The position numbers and the translations under genes were made by a program. The notes under the pieces are model-generated. The model searched no databases. It saw only the letters and a program-made list of their open reading frames with translations, and was not told the origin of the DNA. 64,000 nucleotides of DNA from Takakia lepidozioides (taxonomy: Eukaryota > Plantae > Bryophyta): assembly GCA_030704615.1 (NCBI GenBank), contig CM060734.1, forward strand, positions 18,476,001 to 18,540,000, given 5' to 3'. The stretch's first letter is position 1, and every line of letters starts with the position of its first letter. Of the stretch, positions 1-13,639 are shown piece by piece.

Positions 1-148
1 AGCACATTTCTGCTAGAGTTGTCCCTCGATGCTCACTTTTTGATGCCTACGGCCAAACGCAGCAGAGAGCTAACTTGGAGTTTGAAGTGCTAACAAAATG
101 CAGAGTTAATTTTCACATCCTGACTTTGCAATGTGTGATTGTTAATAG

Positions 149-3100
149 GCTGGAAAGGATCGCTATGTTGGCTCTGTTGAAAGCCTGGTGCGCAACAACA
201 TTCAACAGCACAAGATTGACATGGCTGATGAGGTTATTAATGCGGGACGATTTGACCAGCGCACCACTCAGGAGGAGCGCCGCCTCACACTTGAAGCTCT
301 CTTGCACGATGAAGAACGCTACCAGCAAACAGTCCATGATGTGCCTTCGCTCCAAGAAGTTAACCGAATGATTGCACGAACAGAGGAAGAAGTGGAGCTT
401 TTTGACCAGATGGATGAGGAATATGATTGGCCAGGTGACCTGATCCCTCACCGCAAAGTCCCTAAGTGGCTTCAAGTTGGATCCCAGGAAGTCAAGGCAG
501 CAGTTGAAGCCACATCAAAGCAGGCTATGAAGAGAGGTTTTGTGGAAGCTGTTGGCAGTCGTGAAGCTGAAGAAAAGTTACTTGCAAAGGCAACAAGGAG
601 AATGGCTAAGGAGGTCCCTGACATGGACAGAATGCGTGGAACAGCTTCCAAGAATTCGAACAGAGAGGACAGGAGTCGCAGGGTTCAGAAAGAGACAACT
701 ATACCCATGGAGGAACTGGAGGACGATGAGGAGGATGAGCGAGAGGCTGTAATAGAGGAAGCATTGATAGCTGCAGATGCTGATGATGAAGAGGAGGACG
801 AGGGGGAGATTGATGAAGGGGATGATCAGGATGAAGGTCTGTACAATAAGGACTTGCTTGCCCGACAGAAATTCTCGCATCCACTTGAACACCAAGACTT
901 TGTGTTTGTGAGCTGTTTGCATATAGGTCAGGCTCCCACGTGGAACTGCCAAGCACGATGGAGCCATTGAGGGTATATGAGCCTAGCTGAAGTCCTTATA
1001 TTGAACAAGTGTGCTATTTTTTCACTTTGTATCATATATCTATCAACATGCATTATCTGGGGATGTCGATGAGTTGACATCTGACAGTTGCACACTTCAA
1101 TTGTTCTTTGCCTTTTGCAGCTATGGTCCAGCAGGAAGAAGGGCAGGAGGTGGAGGAAGAGATAATCGAGGTAATATGGCATTACAAATTCTGCAAGTGT
1201 GGTGTATTTCAGGGCTTAAGCATTTCTTGCATCACATGTCTTGAAATTAAAGTGAGTGTTTGCAACAGACTAGGATTGGTGAATACCCGTAGAAATGTGT
1301 GTTTTGGATTTTAAATCACCCAAAGACTTCTGTCCATAAAGAGTTATTTGGATCATTTTAGGGAACACATATTCTCTATCTCACATTGTATCATTTTTTA
1401 TGTTACAGGTGATTGAAGAAGTGGATGATGACTTAGAGGATCAAGGGCTGGCTGCCCCCGTTGTGTCATCCTCCGATGAAGGGGAAGCATCTCCGGGAAG
1501 GTCTTACAGAGCTGCGCCGGTTGGGCAATTGCAAAAATTCGGGTCTTTGTCAGCTTTCGAAGGCAGGCCCAGTAAACCAGAAGAGGTGTGTGGAGATAGA
1601 GATACTTGGTGTACCTTCAATCAGGCAGGATGGTCCTTGCAGCAAGATCTAGTAAATAGTTGAGCTTCTCTCTATGCAGGGACGCAATGCCGGTTCAAGG
1701 CTAGGAGTTGTGCTGGGCAGGTGTAACATTACCATAAGAGGAAAGATCATTGTCCTGACATTATGTGTGTGTCTGGGATGTGATTACAGAGTGATGACCT
1801 GGAGGAGGGTGAGATTGCTGCGTCAGGGGATTCACCAGCAGAGCAGCGATCAGAGAGCTGGACGCAGGAAAAAGACGAAGTGGAGGAAGAAGAAGAAGAA
1901 GAAGAACAAGTAATTCAACCCCAACGAAAGCGCAAGCGGAGTAGCAGTCATCATCGCTGCATCTCCCACTTGGATGGATTCAACGAGGGTAACAATAGCA
2001 ATGGGTCATTCAGTGAGAGATTACACATACCTCCCATCTCCGTTCGTCTAACTCGTCCAGATCAGAGGGCTTCTCAATGGCTAGACTCCAGATTGGAGGA
2101 ACCTGATGTGACACTGTACGAGAGGTCCGACCAATGGGGGGCTCATGCAAAGAAGAGGCATGTAGCTCCACCCCTTGGTAGTGCTGATTTCCCCCACGAG
2201 ATTCAGACGGCAGTACGACCCCGGATTGTTTTCAAGCACAGCTGGACTAATGGGTTTCAGGAGCCGGCTGAAGATGTTGTAGAGGTGTCCAGAGAACTAA
2301 GGACTGTCAAGTCACTGCACTCAGGTGCATCAGGAAGTTGGGGGGGCAGTGGTGGGCGCATGCCTGAAAACCAGCAAAAGAAGGTATCCTTACATTTGCC
2401 AAGGCTTTGAATATACCATATTATTCAAATCTGTTTGCTGAGCAGAGTAGGGAAAATTTGGGATCACAAATACTCTTCTACAGTTCCGCCACCAGATTTC
2501 TTGTTTGATGACTGTAGTGATCAGTTGCATGTGCCGAAAAGGTTTTGACGATGGAATGAGGATGTGTGTAGTGCAAGGCAGTCCTGGGGAAATTGCAAGG
2601 AGCTGTGAATAAGGAAGGTCGACAAATTGCTGCAATGTTCATGGAGCTGCCGAAGCGCAATGAGTTACCTGATTATTACAAAGTTATAGCTCGACCTATT
2701 GATTCCCACACCATTGAAGAACGGTTGGACCGGTTTGAGTACACGAGTGTGTTGGACTTTGCAGCTGATGTTCAGCTCATGCTTGACAATGCATCACGCT
2801 ACCACATGAACTCTTCTGAGGTAGTGGCTGGCCTTTCTTGTTGGAAATTTGTTATCCGTGTCTGTACCTTGTCAGTGTCGCAGGTACAGTAATCACCAGT
2901 CTGGCTCTCTCTACATATCTTCACATCTTACGTGGCCATAGGTCTCAACCAGAGATTCTCAATAAAATGTGTTTCCAAAGATATGAGGTGCTGCTGGTTT
3001 TAAAGACTTCACAAGCTGTTTGCCTAAAGACAGACCTCATTCTCCAATGACAGGTGCAAGCAGATGCACGCCGCCTGCAAGCGTTGCTTGAACAGCGAAT

Positions 3101-3758
3101 GGGCCTGATGTTCCCAGATGTTGACTTCACTTCTGTACGAGTGAGGAGTGGTGTGGGCACAACTGCCCAAACCCCAAGCGCTGCCACTGAACGTGGATCG
3201 CGTCGGCAGCCAGCCGCCATTGGTGATGCTGCCAAGGCGATGCGCAGTGAACCCCCCTCAACAAGTGCGCGGAGCTCAGCCCATGTGCTGGCATCGGGCA
3301 GGCATGCAAGTGTACCAGATTTAGAAGAAACTGCAGTAAGTGAGAAAGGCAGATGCAGAGACAATAAGAGTAAAAATACAGAGAGGGAGAGTAAAGATAG
3401 GAGTAAGAAGGGTAGGCCGATTGCTCAGGATAGAGATTTAGTTGAGGAGGTTGATAGGGGTGGAGGGATATTGCATCCAGTAGATCTTGTAATTCATAAG
3501 AAGAAACGCAAGGGTAGAGAAAATGTAGAAAGTAGGCAGGCTAGTGCACAAATTGGTTCTATTTCTGGGGAGCACAGGGACCCTAGTGGGACAGGGCCTC
3601 CAGGCAGTCGCAAACTTCAGCCTGCCCCTGCTTGGACACAGTTTGCAGCCCCTGCTAGCGGGAAAGGAAGTGGGTCTGAGGATGCAAAAGTGGGGACAAT
3701 CAAGGTGTTGAAGAAATCGCGGACAGATGGGGGCAAGCGAAGGCCAAGTCGTACGTGA
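149..3758 (+). CDS. BRM: 3' part of BRAHMA SWI/SNF chromatin-remodelling ATPase (post-helicase region, bromodomain, C-terminus); exons 149-836, 1121-1170, 1409-1585, 1790-2383, 2572-2820, 3054-3758; 5' exons lie upstream of the window
   Basis: Translations AGKDRYVGSVESLVRNNIQQHKIDMADEVINAGRFDQRTTQEERRLTLE..HDVPSLQEVNRMIAR and SDDLEEGEIAASGDS; bromodomain LPKRNELPDYYKVIARPID..LMLDNA; C-terminal KRRPS. These are typical of plant BRM. GT-AG borders at every listed exon. Confidence 0.93.
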
Positions 3759-5106
3759 ATTCTTTTGTGTATAATTCTATCTTAGCTCATTATCAAGTCA
3801 TAAGGCAATGTAGCTGCAATCAGAGCAAGCTGCAACAATTTTCTCTCTCTTTCCATGTGCTAAAGATGGTCCTCCCTTTTCCTTTATCGAGGAGCAGGTG
3901 GGTATTGAGAAGGATTTGATGTAATATGCCAGCACCTGGAAAATTGAAATTTCTTTCATGCCTGAGGACTATCTATATGCAATGTAGGCTATCACAGTCA
4001 TTATCAGAGGACTGCTTGAAGGCTTACAACTGTGCTGATCACTTGTAATTCTTCCGAAGGCACTACACTTGTTCACTCACATCACATTCGAATGCGTAGT
4101 GCAACAGCCCACAACGGCAAGAGAAGGGACCAAGTGTTTGGTAGATAATTTCCATTAGACATGTACCCAGTTCAGCACGAGGGATGCATGATGTTCATTT
4201 GCAAACATAATCAGAATCTTTGGTATGATCTTTGGGGTACCTCTGGAATGTTTTTGAGTCAGAAACACCAGTTTTTTCCCAGTTTTTGGAAGTGGGCCAG
4301 GGGATGCCTGGCTGGCTGAGGCCATATCCATCTCCCAAAGGCCAAACAATGTACAGTAAAGAGCAACCCCCACCAATACCAAGAAAATGCTTCATGCTGC
4401 TGTGGCAGTGGGGGCTTCCTTGCACACAGGCTGCCAAACCAGCACGTACACATTGGGTTGTGCACCAATTTGTCCTCCACGTTTCAACCTTGTTTCTGCT
4501 TGCAAACTTTGGTCTCTCACCTACTCAATCAAACTTGAATGCAACAAGCGTCTCTATGCCAGAGGCCCCCCCAATCTTCTTGGTTTCAGTGCATTTTGCG
4601 ATGGAGGGTGAAGTAGGCCCCCCTCCATCAAGGGGAGGTGGATTCTACATGTAGACACATTTTGGGTGTCGTCTCTCTTATTTTGGTGTGTGACGCAGAC
4701 GGTGATGATGCAGAGGGAGTTGCGTGTGCTCTGACGCACAGCAAGAGCTAGAGAAGCAAGAGGTCCCCGGCAGGGCTTTTTTTTCATTTTGGCTTAGAAG
4801 TGTAGATGGCTACAAAATTTGAAGGCTAAGTGCAAAGGTGGCGATGACATAGATGCTTAGCTAAAAATCAACTGGCTACAGGCTATTTCATTTGCATGCA
4901 ATATGGCGATTTGAGTATTTTGTGTATGCATTGGATAGGCGATACAAATAAAAATTGAGGCATAAAGTAGTGGCTACAAGAAGCCACATATTGTTGCAAT
5001 GTGGCTACAATGCCATAGTCGAAGTGCATTTGCTGGCACTAGAGCCTAATCTCAAGTAGCAAAGTGGCACCATTGCCTAATGTCAAGAAGCAATGTAGGC
5101 ATAACA

Positions 5107-5452
5107 GTCTATTTAAAATCTGAAATCTGAAATTTATTGATCTAGTCTTAAACTGGGCCAGCAAGCATCATGGCCTCAATATCAAATAACAAAGTGACAC
5201 CATAGTCCAATTTGAAGGAGCAAACTCGTACCATCGCAGCCCACTCACAATATGAAATCTAAAATAATTAATCAACTCTATTTAAAATCTGAAATCTGAA
5301 ATTAATTGGTCAAGTCTTAATCTGGGGCAGTAAGCATCGCCTCAATATCAAATAACAAAGTGACACCATAGTCCAATTTGAAGGAGCAAACTCGTACCAA
5401 TGTAGACATGGCAGTCCACTCACAATCTGAAATCTAAAATAATTAATCAAAG
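5107..5452. repeat. Tandem duplication, two diverged units of about 170 bp
   Basis: tctatttaaaatctgaaatctgaaat...cctcaatatcaaataacaaagtgacaccatagtccaatttgaaggagcaaactcgtacca...aaatctaaaataattaatcaa occurs at about 5108 and again at about 5277. Confidence 0.85.
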
Positions 5453-7569
5453 AAGTCCAAAGATGGCCAGTAAGAACCATAGCCTCAATTTCAAGTAGCA
5501 AGGTGGCACCATTGAGGATGGTGAAGGAACAAATTGATACTAAGTGAGGCAGGACAGCCCACGGCCAACGATAAATTAGGATGGTTGGTTATGCCTTGGT
5601 ATGTAAGCTGACCAAAAAATACAGACTGAATGACATGGCATGTCATGAATGGCACTTTTTAGCATGCTGAACAACGGTTTCCTGCTATGAACAGTGGTAA
5701 TCGAGGCTCTAATTTTCCCCACCCAGAGACTTCGTTGACTTTGAAGTCTTGGGACTATAGTATAAAGATCTTAGGCGAAATTTTGAAAGCAAGCTGCGAG
5801 GAGAGATGGCGATGGTGAAGCTCCGTAGGGCTGCGCGCAGTGGCGACGGCCTGCCCTTGCAACGGCCAAAACCTTGGCAATCCAACGATCCAGGTCGTGC
5901 TGCATGGCAAGATCTCTACCGTTGATCGCGCGATGGGGCGACAGCCGCTAGATGTAGGGCTGTGGGGAACGTGTATTTCTAGCGCAACTCGCATGTTCCC
6001 TTGGAGCTTTCTGGCACCAGCCCGTGTGCGCGCCCCTATTTTCTGGCGCATTTTTTGTTTTTTTTTCCCAGGATTTTACATAGGGCTGTCGCAGCCCTTT
6101 GTTTTTTATCGCTTTTAGGCTCCATTTCGCCTAAAAAAGAAGCGTTGGTCCCCAGTGCCCACACCACAACCGCTGTGCTGCTACCTACCCTTCTTCCTTG
6201 CAAATCCCTCAAACTTGATGACAGAAAGTGGTGGGTGTACCTTCTTCTTTTCGGACTGGAGTGCACAACAAGTGCTCGTCCTTTCAAGATGATATTCTGA
6301 ACCTGTCAGTAAGTGTGCAAGTTTAATGAGAGCACCTTTTGCCATGTTTGTTCTCTCTCAACCTATCAAGGAGAAAAAATTTGGGTTTTTTTTTTTTTTT
6401 TTGTGTGATGCTGCCTCCAAACTTATCATGGCATCAATGATCAGTCCATTGGGTGAAGAAAGTGTGAGCAGTGAGGAAGGAATGCCAAAACCATATGTCC
6501 CAAGATTCCCGAGGGAAATATGTACTTTTCGAAAAACAGGCCATGGCCAATTTAGAGGCAATTATATCGTAGCAATCTCTCAAAATCTTCCAAGATTGGG
6601 TGAATAGACGGGAGGCGACAGACACATGCGCCGGCAAACCGGATGAGAGCCTTCTTCCCCGCAAACGGCTCTAAGTTGCCTCCAAGCAACTTTGGGTGAT
6701 AATTGTCAGAAAAAACTGCATGTTGTTTCTCCACCATAGCTCAAAGATTAAATTCGGAGCAATGAATGAGCAATGGACCGTGGACCCAATGGGTATAAAT
6801 AGGTGACTCTGGGAGCGGCAGTTCACAATTTACCTTCCTCGCTCCGAGCTCAAAGTTGTAGTGGAAGAAAACAAAACCCAGAAAAGAAATGGAAAGATCA
6901 CGTTGGGTACCAAATCCAATGACAAGGCAGTAATGGGGGTGTGGGCCTTCCCACACAAACATACTCAATGCACCCCCTCCCCCACACCCTCCCTATATTC
7001 GGGCCCTCCTAATTTGGTACCCAACTATGCCTTCCTATTTCCCCCTTGTCTTGTGCAATATGAGAATCCTAAGCTGCTCTAATAAACCTCCAATGATCCT
7101 TGTGTAGGCGATGTAAAGTTATGCTCCTCAGTAAATATAGTGACTTCCCTGAATGGATTTTCCCTCTCCCTGATTGCGGTCGCTCTGCCCCAGCTGGCCT
7201 TCCAATCAGGGATGGGGAAATTCACCTCTTAAGAACATCATATGGTATGCCGACAACCCATATCAACCATCGGTTGTCAGTCTGTGACATGTCTGTCAAG
7301 CGCTCAAGTTTGTTGGGTGGTGGTCTTTGTGTTCCAATGTGATGGTATGATGGGACCCCCATTACATTGGGACCACCGCTCATCACACTGACAGCATTCA
7401 CATTTGGGCCCCTTATGAGCTTATTGTGTGTGCTGTCCCTATTAATTAATATACCTATGGTTCGTGTTTATGTTTTTTTTTTTGGGGGCCCTGCGCCTGA
7501 AGAGCCCACCACTTATTAATTAGTAAGTGGTAACTTAGTAAGTACTAGGAAGGGGGCTCTCATTTATAT

Positions 7570-8810
7570 ATCCTCTCGGGGCGATGGGACCCTTTTAGAA
7601 GCCCGCCAATCCATCGTCCCATCCTTATGGACGCCGTTGCACATATCGACAGTGGCATTTTACCTTTCCAGCAGCATCTTCGCTCTGCACGAGATCTTCT
7701 TCCGGCACCGGCGCGAGCATGTCTACCACCATTTGAGCAATTGGTTGCTCAAGGCCTCGACCATCTTCAGGAATCCATTTTCGAGCGCGTGCACCGTCAT
7801 TCCTTTTTCCGGCATGCTTTCAAGTGCTTCTTCTGAGTTGCATCGAGCCCGACTTCTATCATGCGCAGGACCCGGAGCAGGGGCATGGTTGACAGCACGA
7901 CCCACTATCGCACATTTTCGCCTCTCATCCCCTATTTTCACTACTGCGCTCCGCCTTCGACTCGGTTTGCCTCATCCTTCGGCATTGGGCCTTCAGCGCT
8001 GCGTTTGTCTTCAGCCCATCGATGACCTTGTCATCCATCTCCTCCGCTGTCCATGTGGTGGTGAGCGCACTGCGTCTCATGATATGGTTCGTGATGCGGT
8101 AGCATCTATTGCTCGGGAGGCAGGGTATCATGTACTGCGTGAGCAACCACATCTACGACCCACGCTCACGTCCCACTCTACACGCCGTCGTATTGACATC
8201 GTCCTATCTAGAGATGGTTTGCGTACCTTAGCAGATGTCGTTCTCGCCGACCCCACTCGAGCGGATCTGCTATCTCGCGCAGCTACCACACTAGGCACGA
8301 CAGCCACTGTAGCAGCCCAGGCCAAGGAGCGCGACTACAGCGATCGTCACCCCACCGACACATTTCTTCCACTGGCGGTCGAAATATTTGGCTCATTGCA
8401 CCGACACTTCGACGATTTCCTGCGGACATGTGCACATCATGCAGCCAAGAGCGGGTCCACTGGCATCCCACATGTCTCCGTCCTTTTCGCCTACTATCGA
8501 CAACGTGTTTCAGTTGCTTTGAAGAGAGCACAAGCCATCTCTATTTTGCATCGGGCTCATGTGGCTAGCTCCGCGTCATCTCGCGTTCCGCCTCTGCCTG
8601 ACTCTTTGCCTATCTCCTTGCCTGATCTCCTCCAGGCTGTTGGCTGGGAGGGTCGCTCTGCTTGAGTAGTTTACTATAGCTTTTGTTTTTTCCTCTAGCT
8701 GAGTAGCTTACTATAATTGTTTTTTTCTCTTGTTTCTTGTTCCTCCCCCCCTTTTTGGGAACTTCACATCATATGCACGTTCACCCATTGTACATGTTGT
8801 AAATAAAGTC
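7570..8810 (+). mobile_element. 5'-truncated non-LTR retrotransposon, C-terminal zinc knuckle plus restriction-like endonuclease (CRE/R2-type RLE)
   Basis: ORF 7637-8665 has GAGAWL..P, ALRLRLGL, CxC..D..H...C..GG...HD.VRD, RxD...DV and K...Y...FLPLAVE.FG, the usual RLE non-LTR C-terminal signature; AATAAA near 8802. Confidence 0.75.
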
Positions 8811-9273
8811 TTATAGGGTTTCATCATCGTGACCCTTCTAGAAGGTTGCCTTGTGATATGTGTGAGCCCTAGAAACCAACATGCCACACATTCTTACCCA
8901 ATTTGCAGCATGTACCCTTAATAAATGTCGGCTTCATGCCTTCTTTTTTCTTATCCCCTTTTACATGACGGTTACTAATTCAAGTCGTGGTATAGCTTAC
9001 TATATCACCTGCTTTTTAATTCCTGGACCACTCTCTAATCCTCACGCCCCCTTCAAACCTGCCTCCCTTATATTCACTATAACACAATCAAACATGCAAA
9101 ATGTTTCTCATTGTTTTTGAAGTTAAATATGAGTAGAAGCATGTGAGTCGGAGCGGCCGGTGGGGACATGGGTGTAACTTTCAAAAACATGAGTGAGATT
9201 TATTATTAAAATTCCTCAATGCTACAATGTTTGCAGGTGGTGGAGTTAATTACTGAAGCCAAACAGTTAATAC

Positions 9274-9785
9274 CAGTGTTGGACTGGTATACCAATAAGA
9301 AACTGGTATCAATATTGGTATGTATACTGGTATGAAATACCAGACCAATGTGGAATCACCTCAGGCCACTACCTATCTGCTTCCTAATACTGTGGACGAT
9401 ACCCTACAGTCTGGTAGGTGGTTGAAAATCTGGTACCTGATACCAGTACCATATCCATATTTGTGAGGAAAACCTCGGTATCAATACTTGGAGGAACTTC
9501 AGGAAGCATGCTTGTACACATTTATATGAGAAGTGGGCCTTTCAATATATCATGAGTTTTTTTTATACCAGACCAGTATTGATAATACCCTGGTATCTAT
9601 TTCTAAAAACTCTTGCTATTGATACCCGTAAAACACCATACCAATCAGGTATTATTGATACCACCATGGTATCCAAATCTCAAATTTTTGCCAATACCAA
9701 TACCTCCCTGGTATCACAATTGGCCGGAGGCCTATATACCAGTACCAGCCTGGTGTGTTCAAAATACGATACCAGTCCAACACTG
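9274..9785. mobile_element. Non-autonomous hAT-type MITE
   Basis: TIRs cagtgttggactggtat / ataccagtccaacactg; 8-bp TSD gttaatac / attaatac (7/8 match); many internal GGTAT/ATACC motifs. Confidence 0.88.
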
Positions 9786-10338
9786 ATTAATACGTGGATT
9801 TGATTATGATGCTCGCTTGCTAGATTTTGTTTGTTTTGTTTTCGTTTTGTGAGATTGTTTGTATGTAGGTGGTTGTAAAACTTTGGTGGGGACTGGGGAG
9901 GAGAGAGATGGAGATGGAGACGATGGCGGAGTAATAAATCGGACAGTTATAGAAGGAAGTAATAAAGGAGGAAGGCGCAGCAGAGTGAGGGTCACAGTGA
10001 TGATGAGGGTGATAAATGGGGGTGAGCAGAGCAGTAATCTCACGGCCATGATAGTAGGCTTCTGCCGTCCCTGGCCGACACCTGCGTCACATTCCATCAT
10101 CGCCGTCATCGTCTCCGTGGACCTTCCAACCTTCTCCCTTTATGTTTACTCCCGCATGCTTCACCTCCTGACATCTTCTCTGTCTGCTTTCTCAGCTCAG
10201 CGAGTCTTCTCTCTGTCTATGCTAAGTGGGTTCTAATCTGTATCATTCTGGTGAGCGGATGGAGCGATTTCAGTTTGTGGGTTTGTAGTTCCTCTGCGGT
10301 TGTGGTTGTGGTTGTGGGTACCTTTCCCTCTAGATCTT

Positions 10339-10386
10339 TGTTGTGAGCATTGTTGTGAGCATTGTTGTGAGCATTGTTGTGAGCAG
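10339..10386. repeat. 12-bp tandem repeat (TTGTGAGCATTG) x about 4
   Basis: Read directly from the sequence; lies upstream of the BTB coding exon. Confidence 0.85.
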
Positions 10387-10621
10387 GTTGGAGGTACTCC
10401 TCGTGTGTGGGTTTCAACTCCTGTGTGTCTTGCGCCTGTGGGTTCATCGGGTTACGAATCTGTCGTCGTTATCAGATTGGAGTGATTTTGGCGTTTGTGT
10501 GTGGACTTGTGCTCTGCGTGTCCCCTCTGGCACTTGTACAAGGAATGTTGGGCAGTCGTGACTTCTTTTCCGACTGCATAGTGTATTGTGGGTTGTGTAA
10601 TTGATCTTCAGCCAGGCGGAC

Positions 10622-11156
10622 ATGCCGCCCTTGAGACAGAAGGACGCTGAGTTGAGTGATATGGATATCATGGGCCCCGTGCTTGACATGCATCCCGTGC
10701 TGTTACGTAATCTCATGCTGAGCAACACACTGGAGGAGCGATTGGACAGGCCAGGTCGCGCTTGGCAACTGGAAAGGGTGGATTCTCTAGAGAGGATTAG
10801 GAGGGATAATTCGCCTCTGGGAGCAAGGGGGCCTTCACCAAGGCCCGTTGATGTGACTGTATATGTGGGGCGGAACAGGACCCCTTACATTGTGAGCGCT
10901 GAAAGCCTGAAGCCTTCATCCTACTTCACGGCCATACTTGAGAAGCGGATGCAGGAACCTGCTTCTTGTCTTCAACCCATCGTCTTGGATTGTGAAGAAC
11001 TAATGTTCCAAAACTTGATGACCATTCTCAGATATGGCAGCTTCGAGTCTCTTCCCAAATTGTCAGATGCCGAGATGTTTAAATTGCGCCGGGAGCTGGA
11101 TTTGTATGGCATTGATGTGCCTGAGCTGGCGAGAAAGGCATCCCCCCTCCCTCCCC
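10622..11156 (+). pseudogene. BTB/POZ-domain gene, 3' end replaced by a Ty3 integrase fragment
   Basis: VTVYVGRNRTPYIVSAESLKPSSYFTAIL..IVLDCEELMFQNLMTILRYG...LRRELDLYGI (BTB/T1-like); ttcag acceptor just before the ATG at 10622; sequence switches to antisense integrase at about 11157. Confidence 0.72.
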
Positions 11157-13628
11157 CGCGGTGCTCATCTTCAGCCTCGTCCCCATCTTCTTCCAAAGTG
11201 CCCTCCAAAATTTTCTCGTAAACTCGCGGTCCGAGACAATATCCTTTGGGACTCCATGATGCTTTAAGACGTGGGCGAAGTAAAGTCGCCCTGTTTCCTG
11301 CGCCGTTGCCGTCTCCTTGGTGGGGATGAGATGGCCCATTTTACTGAACCTATCCACCACCACCATGATTGCATCAAATCCTTTTGACAGCGGCATAGCA
11401 GTCATGAAATCCATCGAGACGCTTTCCTAAGTCCCCTCTGGAATCGGCAAGGGTTGTTACAGCCCCGCTTGCTTTTTGTACTCGCTCCGGTTTTGTTGGC
11501 ATGTGGTGCATGTCTTGACATACTCCTCTGCCTCCTCCCTCAGTTTGGGCCAGAAATACTCTTTCTTCAAGAGTGCCGCAGTGCGCTTGGCTCCGCCGTG
11601 GCCCGCAAGCGGGCTATCATGGCATTCTCTCAAGAGGCTATCTCTGATCCCTCCCTTCGGCACGTAGAGACGCTTTTGCTTATACCGGAGCAGTCCATTT
11701 TGCAAGTGGAACTGCAATTTAACCCCCATCCTCAAGTCCTGCATCACGGACTTCGCCAGCTCATCCTTCCGGCAAGCCTTCCGGATCTTCCTTTGGAGCG
11801 CCGTCTCGCCCCTGTACACCAACATGAGCTGCTGTTTTCTACTTAAAGCATCGGCCACCACGTTGTCCCGTCCCAGTTTGTACTGGATATCCACGTCGAA
11901 CACTGCCAAAGTATCTTGCCACCTAAGTTGTTTTGAGGACAACTTGGGCTACGTGGCAAAATACTTCACAGTGACATTGTTCGTGAACACCTTCACTGGG
12001 TTGGAACCAACATAGTGGCGCCAAAGCTCAAGACAGTGCACCACCGCCTTCATCTCTTTCTCGTGCGTCGGCCACCGTTGCTCCACTTCATTCAGTTTCT
12101 TACTTTCGTAAGCCACTGGACGTCCATCTTGCATCAGTACACCCCCAATCGCGAAGTCCGACGCATCTGTATGAATCTTGAACGGACGATCGAACTCCGG
12201 GATTTTCAAGACTGGAGCTTCCGCCATCCGCTGCTTCAATTTAGCAAAAGCTTGGCCACAAAAGGTGTTCCATGCCCAGACTTTGGATTTACACAGAAGG
12301 TCTGATAGCGGCCCCGCAATCTTGGCGAAATTTCTCACATACTTTCGGTAATAGGGCTAGTCCTAGGAAGGATCGCACTCCCGGGACCGAAGTTGGAGGC
12401 TCCCAGTCCAAGATTGCCCTCACCTTCCTGTCATCCATTCTGATCCCATCCTGTGTAATCACATGCCCCAGGAACTCCACTTTTGTGACCCCGAATTCGC
12501 ACTTTGAAGCTTTGGCATACAGCTTCCCTTCCCGCAATTTCTGGAACACCCTTTTGAGGTGCTCCAGGTGCTCCTCATTTGTTTTCGAATACACCAAGAT
12601 GTCGTCGATGTACACGATCACAAAGTCATCCAACCACTCCTGGAAAAGGCTGTTCATCAGCATGCTAAAGGTTGCGGGAGCGTTGGTGAGTCCAAAAGGT
12701 ATCACCAAGAACTCATATGAACCATACCTTGTCCTGCACGCGGTCTTCTCCTCATCTCCTCCCGCGACTCAAATTTGATGATAGCCGGAGCGCAGATCGA
12801 TCCGGCTGAAATACTTCGCTCCTGCCAACCGATCAAAAAGGTCGTCGATCCTTGGCAAAGGGTACCGGTTTTTGATAGTCACCTTATTCAAAGCCCTGTA
12901 ATCGACACACATCCGCAACGTCCCATCCTTCTTGTCTGCGAATAGTACCGGGGCTCCGTAAGGTGACTTACTCGGCCGGATGTACCCCTTTGACATTAGA
13001 TCTTTGAGCTGAGTCTTCAGCTCGACCAACTCTCTGTGGCTCAACCGGTAGGGCGCCTTGGCAGGTGGTTCCGATCTCGGTATCACCTCAATCTTGTGGT
13101 CAACTCCTCTTCGCGGTGGCAAGCCGCTTGGTAAATCCTCCGGCATCACATCCTGGTATTTCTCCAAAATCCCCTTGATCCAATCTGGGCTCGGCTCCCC
13201 ATCGCCTTCTCCCTTCACTTCTTAATGTAGAGCAAAAACTGGGGCTCGTGTGGCTCCTCCACGGCCCACTCCCTTGCTGACAGAAGGTTTATTCTCCCTC
13301 AAACGGGTTTGGGCGTTTTCGACACTCGTAAGACCTCGCCACCATTCCCACATGGCAGCGTAACTACTCTCTTGCGGCCATCTATGACCGCTCCGGATTT
13401 GCTCAAAAATGTCATCCCCAAAATGAGATCCATTCCATCGATCTCGCAGATGGTGCAGTTCTCACGTCCCTCCCAACTCCCCAGTTGAAGAGGAACATCA
13501 AACGCCAACCTTGTCGCCAATTGCGGTTCTCCTTTGGCAGAACGCACCTCAATAGAGGCCCCTACGTCACTTGTCAGGAATCCCAGCTTTTGTGCCGTTG
13601 TCGGTGTCATGAAGGAGTGCGACGCTCT
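11157..13628 (-). mobile_element. Ty3/Gypsy pol fragment (PR-RT-RNaseH-partial INT), no LTRs; same family as the element at 42.3-49.1 kb
   Basis: RT motifs [34 protein letters not shown]; RNase H TDASDFAIG; INT HHCC and SMDF..VVDRFSK; closely similar to 44170-48230; stops and frameshifts. Confidence 0.93.
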
Positions 13629-13639
13629 TTGGTGTTTTT

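Noticed and set aside
4155-6740. Short ORFs downstream of BRM
   Set aside because: No recognisable motifs or splice pattern; probably decayed repeats or intergenic DNA.
6700-7100. Possible solo LTR (TATAAATA at about 6794)
   Set aside because: No TG...CA ends, TSD or second copy could be identified.
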